DNA of 64,000 bases from Allomuricauda sp. (GTDB taxonomy: Bacteria; Bacteroidota; Bacteroidia; Flavobacteriales; Flavobacteriaceae), in the NCBI GenBank assembly GCA_013911645.1, contig JACESV010000005.1, positions 57,677-121,676 on the forward strand, read 5' to 3'. The position numbers and the translations under genes were made by a program. The notes beneath the pieces are model-generated. The model had not been told where the DNA came from, ran no database searches, and was given only the letters and a program-made list of their open reading frames with translations. Shown piece after piece: positions 9,530-19,369 of the stretch (the stretch's first letter is position 1; each line of letters opens with the position of its first letter).

Positions 9530-10581
9530 TAACTTGTTAATTCTACAGCATACACCGCCTTGGCGCCTTTGTCCAAAAACGCCTGTTTTACCTGTTCCTC
9601 GACAGCATCAGTTACCATGGCCACCATACATCCTCCACCTCCAGAACCGATTATTTTTGTTCCCAATGCACCCATCTCACGAGCAGCATCCATCATCTCA
9701 ATCATTTCCGATGGTGTATTCTTGATTTGATTTTGAAGAATGGTTTGGTGCCGGTTCATTAAATCTCCCAGAACCTGAATATTAGGGGTCGGCTTTAACA
9801 ATTCCTTTTTTGCTTCCAAAGTGATGTGATAGTTGTAAATCGTGGAATACCAATACCCCTGAAGTTCCTCTGGCACCAAGTCGATGTATTTTTCATAATC
9901 ACCCAAATATGATTCTTCCAAAACAAATTCAGGATGCACCTTTTTAACGGCGTCCACCGCATTTTGTGCGTACACCCGGGCATTTTTGAGCACTTCCAGG
10001 GTCTTTTTGGGCACGCCCGATTCAGCAACCAACAGTTTGCCCAAATCAGCATTCAAACGTGTGCTTTCCCCACTTTGGGTGTCGATATAAATAAGTCCTT
10101 TTTGAGCGATGGTGTACTGATCCATTAAACCTCCGGGTTGGTCAAAGAACAGCACTTCGGCCTCATAGGCCCATCTCCCTATTTGATAATCGCTGATTTC
10201 TTCCGATTTCCCCTGTGTTGCCACCAAAAAACGAATCCAGGCCACCACCAAGGCTGAAGAACTGGAGAGCCCTGCATTCACGGGAATGTTTCCTGAAATT
10301 TCGATGTCATAACCTTGGTCAAGTTGGAAACCTTGCTCTTTTAAAATTGCCATTACCGACCTGAAGTAATCATCGGCTTGTACTTGTTTCAAATCATCAT
10401 CCAAAGAAATGGACAATTCGTCCTTTAAATCCAACAACTTCAAAAGGTATTTCCTATCAGAATTCGGAATCGCCTTTAAATTGATGAAGCGGTCAATGGT
10501 TCCTGCTATTACCGGCAGTCCCAAATAATCTTGGTGGTCCCCGTAAAAACAGATTCGGGCCGGGACTTTTATTTCGATCAT
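9529..10581 (-). CDS. GHMP-family sugar kinase (galactokinase-like)
   Basis: PARICFYGDHQDY, IPVNAGLSSSSAL and KIIGSGGGGC motifs. Confidence 0.85.
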   Translation of the reverse strand: MIEIKVPARICFYGDHQDYLGLPVIAGTIDRFINLKAIPNSDRKYLLKLLDLKDELSISLDDDLKQVQADDYFRSVMAILKEQGFQLDQGYDIEISGNIPVNAGLSSSSALVVAWIRFLVATQGKSEEISDYQIGRWAYEAEVLFFDQPGGLMDQYTIAQKGLIYIDTQSGESTRLNADLGKLLVAESGVPKKTLEVLKNARVYAQNAVDAVKKVHPEFVLEESYLGDYEKYIDLVPEELQGYWYSTIYNYHITLEAKKELLKPTPNIQVLGDLMNRHQTILQNQIKNTPSEMIEMMDAAREMGALGTKIIGSGGGGCMVAMVTDAVEEQVKQAFLDKGAKAVYAVELTS

Positions 10582-10594
10582 TAATCTTTACTGC

Positions 10595-11983
10595 TTAACT
10601 TATTATTTCCAGTGGTGCTGTTTCTTTCCAATTGCCTCTTGTAAAGTCGGGAAAAGGCTGTGGTGCACCACCACTTGCTACGGAGCGTTCACTTAATGGC
10701 GCAACTGCGCTCCACAAACATCCTTCGTATACATTTTGGTCCAACGGAAGTCCTTTTTGCAGGCATTCCACGATTCGATACACCATAATACCATCCATCC
10801 CTCCATGCCCACTGCCCTTGGCAGCTTCGTTCAATCGTTTGTAGAGTGGATGATCGTATTTTTCGTATAATTTTTCCAATTGTTCCCCTTGTACCCAAGA
10901 ATGGTGGTCTTCCGTGAGTCCTTCCACTCCGCCTTCAAGAGCCACCCGGGTTGGAAATCCTGCCAACGCACCTTTGGTTCCCTGCACCAGATTTAATCGG
11001 GAATAGGGTCTTGGGCTGGTCTCGTCCCATTGCACCATAATGGTTTTTCCAAAGTGGGTTTTGATAATGGATGTGTTCAAATCTCCTCCTTTAAAATCGA
11101 GTTTGTTCCATTTATGATCGGCTGGATAATTTTTTTCTGCATACAGCTCGCGTCCTCTTGCGGGCGTAGAGAAAGAAACCAAACTGCCAAAGGTATCTTC
11201 TTGTCTCGCCAAGCTCATATACTGGGCAACAGGGCCCAAACCGTGGGTCGGGTACAAGTTTCCGTTCCGTTTGGCATAGTGGGGCGTCCTCCAAGAACCC
11301 GTGCCCCGCTCCTGCTCTTCCATCTGCCAGCGCAGTTCGTGAATGTAGGCTGCTTCGCCGTGCAAAATTTCACCAACCACACCTTGCCTGCACATATTGA
11401 GGAACATCAGCTCATCACGACTGTAATTTACGTTTTCCAGCATCATGCAATGCTTTTGGGTTCGTTCGCTGGCATCCACAATATCCCACATATCTTGGAT
11501 GGTGGTAGCGATTGGCACCTCAACAAAGGCGTGTGCCCCGTTTTCCATGGCACCGATGGCCATAGGTGCGTGATTTACCCAGTTCGTGGCAATGAACACC
11601 ACATTGGGCTTTACCTCTTTGAGCATGGTACGCCACTTGTCCTCTTCGCCCCAGTATTGGGCTATATTTTCATGTCGGCCAGGTCCGCCGGCCTCTTTTA
11701 CCCATTGGGTCTTTTCTTTCACTAAATCCTCGTATAAATCACAGATGGCGACGACTTCGGTTCCTTCCAATGCAGCAAAAAACTTGGCATGGGTTCCTCC
11801 CCTGGCTCCTACCCCGATAAATGCAGCGCGCACTTTTTCCAATTTAGGGGCTACAAATCCACCCATGTACGTTGATGAAAGCGGTCTTTCTGAATTGGCT
11901 TTTAAATACGTTGGGGCTATGGAAATTGCTGCCGCGGTCAATGAAGTTTTTTGGATAAAACTTCTTCTATTGAGGTTTTTCAT
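10595..11983 (-). CDS. GH109 NAD+-dependent alpha-N-acetylgalactosaminidase-like protein (Gfo/Idh/MocA fold), Tat/lipoprotein-type signal
   Basis: RRSFIQK signal, Rossmann FIGVGARG, FVEVP, MMLENVNY, YPTHGLGP and GHGGMD motifs. Confidence 0.88.
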   Translation of the reverse strand: MKNLNRRSFIQKTSLTAAAISIAPTYLKANSERPLSSTYMGGFVAPKLEKVRAAFIGVGARGGTHAKFFAALEGTEVVAICDLYEDLVKEKTQWVKEAGGPGRHENIAQYWGEEDKWRTMLKEVKPNVVFIATNWVNHAPMAIGAMENGAHAFVEVPIATTIQDMWDIVDASERTQKHCMMLENVNYSRDELMFLNMCRQGVVGEILHGEAAYIHELRWQMEEQERGTGSWRTPHYAKRNGNLYPTHGLGPVAQYMSLARQEDTFGSLVSFSTPARGRELYAEKNYPADHKWNKLDFKGGDLNTSIIKTHFGKTIMVQWDETSPRPYSRLNLVQGTKGALAGFPTRVALEGGVEGLTEDHHSWVQGEQLEKLYEKYDHPLYKRLNEAAKGSGHGGMDGIMVYRIVECLQKGLPLDQNVYEGCLWSAVAPLSERSVASGGAPQPFPDFTRGNWKETAPLEIIS

Positions 11984-12063
11984 TGGTAATTGTATTGTTG
12001 GTTCTAATATTTTCCAAAGTATGAAAAATAATGAGAAAAGAGGAACTCTAAAAGCTTGTTATC

Positions 12064-12136
12064 TGTCAGTTCGAACGCAGTCGAAAACCTAAAACATATT
12101 GATAATCAATGGATTTAGACTGCGCTCAACCTGACA
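12064..12136. repeat. REP/MITE-like palindromic element with TGTCAG...CTGACA termini
   Basis: 26-bp arms TGTCAGTTCGAACGCAGTCGAAAACC (12064-12089) and GGATTTAGACTGCGCTCAACCTGACA (12111-12136), 5 mismatches. Confidence 0.8.
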
Positions 12137-12197
12137 AATTTAAACTTTTGTTACGTTTTAGACCTTTTTCAAAATCAAGCCCATTTATAACCAAAGG

Positions 12198-14822
12198 TTA
12201 TTTTAAACTAGCCAAACTCTTTTCCAAGGTTTCAATCTTGGCTTCGGCATCGGCCGCTTTTTTGCGTTCCATGGCCACCACTTTTTCAGGGGCATTGTTC
12301 ACAAAACGCTCATTGCTCAACTTCTTTTCCACAGATTTTAAAAACCCTTTGGTGTAATTTAGCTCTTCGGTAATCTTGGCAATTTCTGCTTCCACATCGA
12401 TGGCTCCACTAATTGGAATAAAATATTCGTTACTCTTTACCCTAAAGGTCAAAGCACCCTCCAAACTGGTATCCACTGCCTCCATTTTTGACAGATTTCC
12501 CAATTTTAGGATGATGGCATCCATTTGATTGCCCACTTTTTCACCATTCAACATAAAGAGCTCCAAAGTATCTTTTTGCGGAATGTTTTTCTCTTTTCTG
12601 ATGGTCCGTATCCCAGAAATTACCTCGGAAGCGAATTCGAACTCGGCAATTAGGGCTGAATTCACTTCTTTAGCTTTTGGCCATTGCGCTACAATTAACG
12701 CATCTTCTGGAGTACGCTCGGCGATATGTTGCCAAACTTCTTCCGTTAAGAAGGGCATAAACGGATGCAACAATTTTAGGTTTTCCTCAAAAAGACCCAA
12801 TACCTCATTATACGTTTTCTGGTCAATCGGCTTTTGATATTCAGGTTTAACAATCTCCAACAACCAAGAACAGAAATCGTCCCAGACCAATTTGTACGTG
12901 GCCATCAAGGCATCGGAAATGCGGTATTTAGAAAAGTGGTCTTCAATTTCCACTAAAGTCTGATTGAACTTGGCCTTGTACCATTCAATTCCCTTTTGTG
13001 CGGCTTCGGGCTGCGGAATATCCGCCACTTCCCATCCTTTTACCAATCGGAAAGCGTTCCAAATTTTATTAGCAAAGTTGGCTCCTTGCTGGCAAAGTGC
13101 CTCATCAAACAATAGATCGTTACCCGCTGCGGAACTCAACAAAAGTCCAACACGAACACCATCGGCACCAAAATCTTCAATCAGTTTTAAGGCATCTGGC
13201 GAGTTTCCCAACGATTTGGACATTTTTCGGCGCTGTTTGTCACGAACCAATCCGGTTAGGTACACATTTTCAAAAGGCCGTTCTCCTCGGTATTCGTATC
13301 CGGCCATGATCATACGGGCTACCCAGAAAAACAAAATATCGGGTCCCGTAACCAAGTCACTGGTCGGGTAATAGTAATTCACCTCTTCATTGTCCGGCTC
13401 CAAAATACCGCCAAACACACTTATGGGCCACAACCACGATGAGAACCAGGTATCCAAAACATCGGGATCTTGGCGTAAGTCGGACATTTGAATCTTTGGA
13501 TTCTTGGTTTTTGCCAATTCCAATGCTTCGCCCGGAGTTTCGGCCACCACGAAATCCTCTTTGCCATCCCCATAATAATACGCAGGGATTTGCTGTCCCC
13601 ACCACAATTGACGGGATATGTTCCAATCGCGTATGTTTTCCATCCAGTGGCGGTAGGTGTTTTCAAACTTGGAAGGGTACAATTTTACATCCTTGGTCTT
13701 CAAAACGCCTTCGAGAGCAGGTTTGGCCATGTTTTCCATTTTTAGGAACCATTGGTCCGAAAGTCGTGGCTCGATTACGGCCTTAGTCCTTTCAGATGTA
13801 CCCACTTTGTTGGTGTGCTGCTCGGTCTTTACCAAATATCCCTTTTCATCCAGTTCCTTGGAAATTTCTTTACGCACCACAAAACGGTCTTTCCCTTCGT
13901 AGTGAAGTCCGAAAGAATTCAAAGTGGCATCTTCATTGAAGATATCAACGACGTCTAGATTATGCTTATCCCCAAGGTTTTTATCATTCTCGTCGTGTGC
14001 AGGAGTTACTTTTAAGCATCCCGTACCAAATTCAACGTCCACGTATTCATCTTCAATAATAGGAATTACCCTATCGCAAATAGGAACAATGGCCTTTTTG
14101 CCCTTTAAATGACGGTATCTTTCATCGTTTGGGTTGATACAGATTGCGGTATCGCCCAAAATGGTCTCTGGACGGGTGGTGGCAATGGTCACTTTTTCAT
14201 CAGAACCTTCAATGGCGTAGGACAAATAATAAAGACTACCCTGTCTTTCTTCATAAATCACCTCTTCGTCGGAAAGGGTAGTTTTGGCCTCTGGATCCCA
14301 ATTCACCATTCGATACCCTCTGTAAATCAGCCCTTTGTTATAAAGATCCACAAAAACCTTGATCACTGAGGCTGACATATCGTCATCCATAGTAAACTTG
14401 GTGCGGTCCCAGTCACAGGAACAACCCAATTTTTTTAGTTGTTGAAGGATTACCCCTCCGTACTCGTTGGTCCAATCCCATGCATGTTTTAGAAATTCAT
14501 CGCGGGACAATTTTGATTTGTCGATGCCATCGGCTTTGAGCTTGGCGACCACTTTGGCCTCGGTGGCAATCGACGCATGGTCCATTCCCGGAACCCAACA
14601 GGCATTTTTTCCCAAGAGTCTTGCCCTTCGGATAAGAACATCTTGTATGGTATTGTTGAGCATATGTCCCATATGAAGTACCCCAGTCACGTTTGGTGGC
14701 GGGATTACTATGGTATACGGCTCCCTTTCATCCGGTTTGGAGCTGAAATATTTATGCTCGGACCAGTAGGCATACCAGTGCTCTTCAACCCTTTTTGGGT
14801 CATATTTTGATGGAATCTCCAT
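12198..14822 (-). CDS. valS: valine--tRNA ligase
   Basis: [13 protein letters not shown] (HIGH), [16 protein letters not shown] and a C-terminal coiled coil. Confidence 0.98.
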   Translation of the reverse strand: MEIPSKYDPKRVEEHWYAYWSEHKYFSSKPDEREPYTIVIPPPNVTGVLHMGHMLNNTIQDVLIRRARLLGKNACWVPGMDHASIATEAKVVAKLKADGIDKSKLSRDEFLKHAWDWTNEYGGVILQQLKKLGCSCDWDRTKFTMDDDMSASVIKVFVDLYNKGLIYRGYRMVNWDPEAKTTLSDEEVIYEERQGSLYYLSYAIEGSDEKVTIATTRPETILGDTAICINPNDERYRHLKGKKAIVPICDRVIPIIEDEYVDVEFGTGCLKVTPAHDENDKNLGDKHNLDVVDIFNEDATLNSFGLHYEGKDRFVVRKEISKELDEKGYLVKTEQHTNKVGTSERTKAVIEPRLSDQWFLKMENMAKPALEGVLKTKDVKLYPSKFENTYRHWMENIRDWNISRQLWWGQQIPAYYYGDGKEDFVVAETPGEALELAKTKNPKIQMSDLRQDPDVLDTWFSSWLWPISVFGGILEPDNEEVNYYYPTSDLVTGPDILFFWVARMIMAGYEYRGERPFENVYLTGLVRDKQRRKMSKSLGNSPDALKLIEDFGADGVRVGLLLSSAAGNDLLFDEALCQQGANFANKIWNAFRLVKGWEVADIPQPEAAQKGIEWYKAKFNQTLVEIEDHFSKYRISDALMATYKLVWDDFCSWLLEIVKPEYQKPIDQKTYNEVLGLFEENLKLLHPFMPFLTEEVWQHIAERTPEDALIVAQWPKAKEVNSALIAEFEFASEVISGIRTIRKEKNIPQKDTLELFMLNGEKVGNQMDAIILKLGNLSKMEAVDTSLEGALTFRVKSNEYFIPISGAIDVEAEIAKITEELNYTKGFLKSVEKKLSNERFVNNAPEKVVAMERKKAADAEAKIETLEKSLASLK

Positions 14823-14967
14823 TTTTCGGTACAGTTTTTGTTCAATTGGACTGTGATTGGATTTTTGAAGGGAAAGCTAAATGTTAATTTTTACGCTATT
14901 CTTCGGATGAGAGCCAATCCAGAAATACGAAACAAAAATAAGTAACGTTATTCTATAACAAAAGAAT

Positions 14968-14999
14968 TTTGGATGCAGGTATCAAAACATCTACATTTG
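14968..14999 (+). promoter_or_regulatory. Bacteroidota sigma70 promoter (-33 TTTG, 20-bp spacer, -7 TACATTTG)
   Basis: TTTG at 14968-14971 and TACATTTG at 14992-14999; this also places the true start at ATG 15021. Confidence 0.7.
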
Positions 15000-15020
15000 A
15001 AGTTCACCCAAAAACCAAAA

Positions 15021-15407
15021 ATGATGAAAAAAACTGTACTCATGCTGTTTGTAGGGCTTTTATCCTTAGGGATTTACGCTCAGGAGACTGCTAAAATCGA
15101 ATTTAAAAGCGAGACCATTGATTACGGAGAAATCGAAAGAGGTAGCGATGGTGTTCGTGTTTTTGAATTTACCAACACTGGTGATGCCCCTTTGGTAATC
15201 AGCAACGTTAGATCTAGCTGTGGATGTACTATCCCAAAAAAGCCAGAAGAACCTATTATGCCCGGGAAAACTGGTAAAATAGAAGTGAAATATGACACCA
15301 ATAGAGTTGGCCCCATTAGAAAGGCCATTACTGTTACATCGAATGCAGATACTCCTACGAAAGTTCTTAAGATAAAAGGAACTGTAAAAAATCCTGGAGC
15401 GAAGTAA
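15021..15407 (+). CDS. DUF1573-domain secreted Ig-like protein
   Basis: Signal peptide, FEFTNTGDAPLVI and SSCGCT motifs. Confidence 0.88.
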   Translation: MMKKTVLMLFVGLLSLGIYAQETAKIEFKSETIDYGEIERGSDGVRVFEFTNTGDAPLVISNVRSSCGCTIPKKPEEPIMPGKTGKIEVKYDTNRVGPIRKAITVTSNADTPTKVLKIKGTVKNPGAK

Positions 15408-15424
15408 GCGAAAAAGAAGTGTAT

Positions 15425-15466
15425 AATCAAAAGCCCAAAAACCTAACGGTTTTTGGGCTTTTGATT
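15425..15466. terminator. bidirectional intrinsic terminator
   Basis: Perfect 19-bp stem AATCAAAAGCCCAAAAACC-TAAC-GGTTTTTGGGCTTTTGATT between convergent genes. Confidence 0.85.
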
Positions 15467-15468
15467 TT

Positions 15469-16812
15469 TTAGTCGTCGTCAAACATCTTTTTTAACACAA
15501 AGGTGAACAACAGGTCTCGGTTGTATCGTTCAATCAATACTTTTATCCGCTTCCCTTCTCTTTCGTTGATCATTTTAAGGATTTCCTGAAGCTTGTACTT
15601 ATGGACTCTTTTTCCATTTACCGCTAAAATTACATCCCCTTCACGTAATCCTGCCTCTGCAGCGGGGCTTCCCGCACGAATGCCTGATACTACTATTTCG
15701 GGAACAAGACTTAAACGGGTCTTGTTTTCCAATAAAATTTGGACATTCCCAAAAGTATCCGCATCATCCTCTTTCACAATTCCATTCACATCGGCGATAC
15801 TTTCTGCTATATAACGCAAACCGTTGTGCTGCAAGTCTATTCCTGCTAAATTATATTGGAAGGGGTCTTTGAAGTTTCCATTTTTCCTTAAAGTAACCAG
15901 GCCCCGGGCATAATCGAAAACGATATTGAAACGCTTGAGGACTTCACCCCCCAAACTGCCATTACGATCGCCCATACTTTCCAACCCCTGAAAAGATTCA
16001 AGGTACGGAAATGCTACTTTGGCTTCTTCAAGTTCAAAATCGCCTATCCGAACCCCATTGATTTTACTTCGCTTTCCGAAAATATCACCGCTTAAGCCCC
16101 TACCCAAGTGGTCCTCATAATTCTTCTCTGGTATTTCCAAGCCTTTTTCGGGTGCCGGAAACAGCCATAAGGCATCACTACTACCGGTATCCACCAGTAA
16201 TTTAACCGGTACATTTGCAGTATCCTTCATTAGCACCGTGCCTTCCACATAAGCTTTTCTTTTTTCTACGGTAAGCGGTAGGGTCTGCGTTTTTCTTCTA
16301 TCCTTATATTGGTACAATTCTGGATTGTGCAGTTTTATCTTTTTGGAATTATATTTTACTTCAACAATAAAGTCCCTGAAAAGATCGTACCCCATAATTC
16401 CATGCACGGGAATCCCAAGGGATGTTGAAAAATTGATCCCCCGATCCAAAACCACATAAAGGTCTTGGGAGTAATTTCTAGCCTCACCAAGTTTAAAAGC
16501 ATTGTTTTTGGAACTTAGGGCCTTCATCGGCTCTCCACCGCCAAGGCCACGAATGGTGACTTCGGAAACATTATTTATCGGAATGGAATCTGACTCGGAA
16601 AGATTAAAAAGTATGGGCTTACTTACCCCGGAATCCAAAATAAAGGTGAGCTCCGTACCATTAACCTCTACAGGAATTATGATAAGGTTGTTGATGAGCT
16701 CAAACTTTATCTTTTGGAATTTTTCACCTTCGGGCAATCGATATCCCTGCGCCCAAATAAACAAGGGCACAAATAAAAGAAGTGCAAACAAGATGGTGTT
16801 CTTCCTTAACAT
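15469..16812 (-). CDS. secreted aspartyl protease with two retropepsin-like lobes and a C-terminal PDZ domain
   Basis: Signal peptide, FILDSGVS and LLVDTGSS catalytic motifs, and PDZ-like GSPAAEAGLREGDVILAVNG; start ATG 16812 chosen over 16824. Confidence 0.85.
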   Translation of the reverse strand: MLRKNTILFALLLFVPLFIWAQGYRLPEGEKFQKIKFELINNLIIIPVEVNGTELTFILDSGVSKPILFNLSESDSIPINNVSEVTIRGLGGGEPMKALSSKNNAFKLGEARNYSQDLYVVLDRGINFSTSLGIPVHGIMGYDLFRDFIVEVKYNSKKIKLHNPELYQYKDRRKTQTLPLTVEKRKAYVEGTVLMKDTANVPVKLLVDTGSSDALWLFPAPEKGLEIPEKNYEDHLGRGLSGDIFGKRSKINGVRIGDFELEEAKVAFPYLESFQGLESMGDRNGSLGGEVLKRFNIVFDYARGLVTLRKNGNFKDPFQYNLAGIDLQHNGLRYIAESIADVNGIVKEDDADTFGNVQILLENKTRLSLVPEIVVSGIRAGSPAAEAGLREGDVILAVNGKRVHKYKLQEILKMINEREGKRIKVLIERYNRDLLFTFVLKKMFDDD

Positions 16813-16959
16813 ACTTAATATCAACTGGTCATACTTATTAAATATACAAATTAAGGCGCATACTTCATCTTAATTTAACATTTCACTAGGCAAGTAATTA
16901 TTCCTTAAAGTTGTTGTTTTCGATAGTTGGTTTTCTCATTTTTGCCAAAACTTTAGCAC

Positions 16960-18153
16960 ATGCCAAGTATTTCGAAGAAAGGGACACAAATGCCCGCATC
17001 GCCCATCCGTAAATTGGTACCCTACGCAGAGGCCGCCAAAAAACGGGGAACCCAGGTAATACACCTTAATATTGGACAGCCCGACATCAAAACACCAAAG
17101 GTGGCTTTGGATGCCGTACGAAACCATACTATTGAGGTACTTGAATACAGCATGACACAGGGTTCCGAAGAATACCGTCAAAAAATTGCCGCTTATTATG
17201 CAAAACGGGACATTTTTGTTGATGCCGAAGATATTATTGTGACCACAGGTGGGTCGGAAGCATTATCGTTTACCATGGGATCCATTATGGATAACGATGA
17301 CGAAATCATTATTCCCGAACCATTTTATGCCAACTATAACGGTTTTGCCACCGCTGCAGGGGTTAAAGTAAAACCTATTGCATCGTCTATAGAAAATAAT
17401 TTTGCCCTCCCTCCCATTTCCAAGTTTGAAGAGCTTATCACCCCAAAAACAAAGGCCATCCTTATTTGCAACCCTGGGAATCCTACTGGATATCTTTATA
17501 GCAAAGAAGAAATCCATCAATTGGCGGAATTAGTAATAAAACACAACCTTTTTTTGGTGGCAGATGAAGTGTACCGCGAATTCACCTACGACGGAAGGGA
17601 ACATTACTCCATTCTTCAGGTTGATGGGCTGGAAGAACACGCCATTGTGGTAGACTCCGTTTCCAAGCGTTACAGTATGTGCGGGGCACGGATTGGTTGT
17701 TTGATATCCAAAAACACCAAAGTAATAGCAACTGCAATGAAATTTGCCCAAGCAAGACTTTCTCCACCAACTTTTGCCCAAATTGCAAGTGAAGCGGCAT
17801 TGGAAACCCCACAAGAATATTTTGATGATGTAATCGAGGAATATGTTTCGAGAAGAAATCTATTGATTACCGAACTCAACAAGTTGGAAGGTGTAAAAGT
17901 GGCCACTCCGCAAGGTGCTTTTTACTGTGTGGCAGAACTCCCTATTGAAGATGCCGACCACTTTGCCCAATGGTTGCTGGAAAGTTTTGAAGTTGATGGA
18001 AAAACCGTAATGGTAGCTCCCGCAGCAGGCTTTTATGCCACGCCAGGTTTGGGAAAAAATCAGATTAGAATTGCCTATGTGCTCGAAAAAGAGCAACTTG
18101 TAAGGGCTGTCCAAATTTTGGGCAAAGCCTTAACAGAGTACAACAACCAGTGA
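16960..18153 (+). CDS. PLP-dependent class I/II aminotransferase (aspartate aminotransferase-like)
   Basis: LNIGQPD, CNPGNPTG, ADEVY and SVSKRYSMCGARIG motifs. Confidence 0.92.
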   Translation: MPSISKKGTQMPASPIRKLVPYAEAAKKRGTQVIHLNIGQPDIKTPKVALDAVRNHTIEVLEYSMTQGSEEYRQKIAAYYAKRDIFVDAEDIIVTTGGSEALSFTMGSIMDNDDEIIIPEPFYANYNGFATAAGVKVKPIASSIENNFALPPISKFEELITPKTKAILICNPGNPTGYLYSKEEIHQLAELVIKHNLFLVADEVYREFTYDGREHYSILQVDGLEEHAIVVDSVSKRYSMCGARIGCLISKNTKVIATAMKFAQARLSPPTFAQIASEAALETPQEYFDDVIEEYVSRRNLLITELNKLEGVKVATPQGAFYCVAELPIEDADHFAQWLLESFEVDGKTVMVAPAAGFYATPGLGKNQIRIAYVLEKEQLVRAVQILGKALTEYNNQ

Positions 18154-19166
18154 ACATACAGGAAAACATATCCTTAAAAAACTACAATACCTTTGGTATT
18201 GATGTAAAAGCACGGTTTTTTGTTGAAATTACCGGACTGGTTCAACTTCAAAAAGCACTTGAACTTAAGGCCTACCCCAAAAAGTTTATAATCAGCGGAG
18301 GAAGCAACATGTTGCTCACCAAGGACATTGATGCACTGGTAATGCATATTAACCTCAAGGGCATTACCATTGTCGAGGAAGACGAAAACAGTGTGGAGGT
18401 GAAGGTAATGGCCGGTGAAAATTGGCATGAATTGGTAATGTGGAGCCTGAAACAGGGTTATGGTGGACTCGAAAACCTTTCGTTGATCCCAGGGAACGTG
18501 GGTACTGCGCCCATCCAAAACATTGGCGCCTATGGTGTGGAACTCAAAGATGTTTTTGTGAGCTGTGCCGCCATGGATGTGAAAACTGGGGAACTGGAAG
18601 GTTTTGACAAGGAAGCATGTAAGTTTGGTTACCGGGATTCCATCTTTAAAAACAAAGCAAAGGATAAATTCATTATTACTTCGGTGGTTTTAAGACTTAC
18701 CAAGAAAGATCATGTGCTGCACACGGGGTATGGCTCCATTGAGAACGAACTGAAGAACAAAGGAATTGTGCATCCGACCATACAAGATATTTCCGATGCC
18801 GTGATTGCCATTCGAAAGAGTAAACTGCCCGACCCCAAGGAAATTGGAAACAGCGGTAGTTTTTTTAAGAATCCTATTATTCCTAAAAAAGCATTTGATA
18901 AATTCATTAAAAAGAACCCCAATGCACCTTTTTATGAGATGGACGAGAATCAATATAAAATTCCAGCCGGTTGGCTCATTGAGCAATGCGGTTTTAAGGG
19001 AAAACGGTTTGGTGATGCAGGCGTGCACGAAAAGCAGGCCCTTGTATTGGTTAACCACGGAAGTGCCACTGGCAAAGAGATTCTTGACCTAAGCAAAAAA
19101 ATTCAGGACGAAGTACAGAAAACCTTCAAAATAAAAATTCAGCCAGAGGTGAACATAATAAAATAA
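18150..19166 (+). CDS. murB: UDP-N-acetylmuramate dehydrogenase
   Basis: GGSNMLL, LIPGNVGTAPIQNIGAYGVE, GNSGSFFKNP, HEKQALVLVN and EVNII motifs. Confidence 0.97.
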   Translation: MNIQENISLKNYNTFGIDVKARFFVEITGLVQLQKALELKAYPKKFIISGGSNMLLTKDIDALVMHINLKGITIVEEDENSVEVKVMAGENWHELVMWSLKQGYGGLENLSLIPGNVGTAPIQNIGAYGVELKDVFVSCAAMDVKTGELEGFDKEACKFGYRDSIFKNKAKDKFIITSVVLRLTKKDHVLHTGYGSIENELKNKGIVHPTIQDISDAVIAIRKSKLPDPKEIGNSGSFFKNPIIPKKAFDKFIKKNPNAPFYEMDENQYKIPAGWLIEQCGFKGKRFGDAGVHEKQALVLVNHGSATGKEILDLSKKIQDEVQKTFKIKIQPEVNIIK

Positions 19167-19197
19167 CCCTCGCATTGAAGTCAATAACGAGGGTTAT
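19157..19197. terminator. intrinsic terminator hairpin (murB end; U-tract on the minus strand)
   Basis: Stem ATAACCCTCG (19163-19172)/CGAGGGTTAT (19188-19197); the minus strand continues UUUAUU. Confidence 0.75.
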
Positions 19198-19303
19198 ACC
19201 AAACCAAACTAACCAAATTTATGTATGTTGTCAGGGTTGTTACACCCCTTATTACTTTTCAAAATGAACAAAGACAAAATGCTTTTTCTGTCTTAGCTTT
19301 GTT
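19157..19303 (-). ncRNA. candidate ~145-nt sRNA with UUGGU repeats
   Basis: No ATG on this strand. Two hairpins, then UUUGGUUAGUUUGGUUUGGU, then a terminator. An ECF-like promoter lies immediately upstream. Confidence 0.45.
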
Positions 19304-19308
19304 TTATA

Positions 19309-19333
19309 TACGAGATAAATCCTATTTTAGATT
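19309..19333 (-). promoter_or_regulatory. putative ECF-sigma promoter AATCT-N16-CGTA
   Basis: Minus strand reads AAAATCT AAAATAGGATTTATCT CGTA, divergent from the ECF sigma gene; a back-to-back AAATCC lies on the plus strand. Confidence 0.45.
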
Positions 19334-19369
19334 TTGGCCCCTTAAAAAATTTTACCAAAAGCATCATTA

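Noticed and set aside
13600-14330. ValRS lacks CxxC zinc knuckles (WDPEAKT, GTSERTK)
   Set aside because: Cys-less forms are common (E. coli and B. subtilis types), so this is not evidence of zinc sparing.
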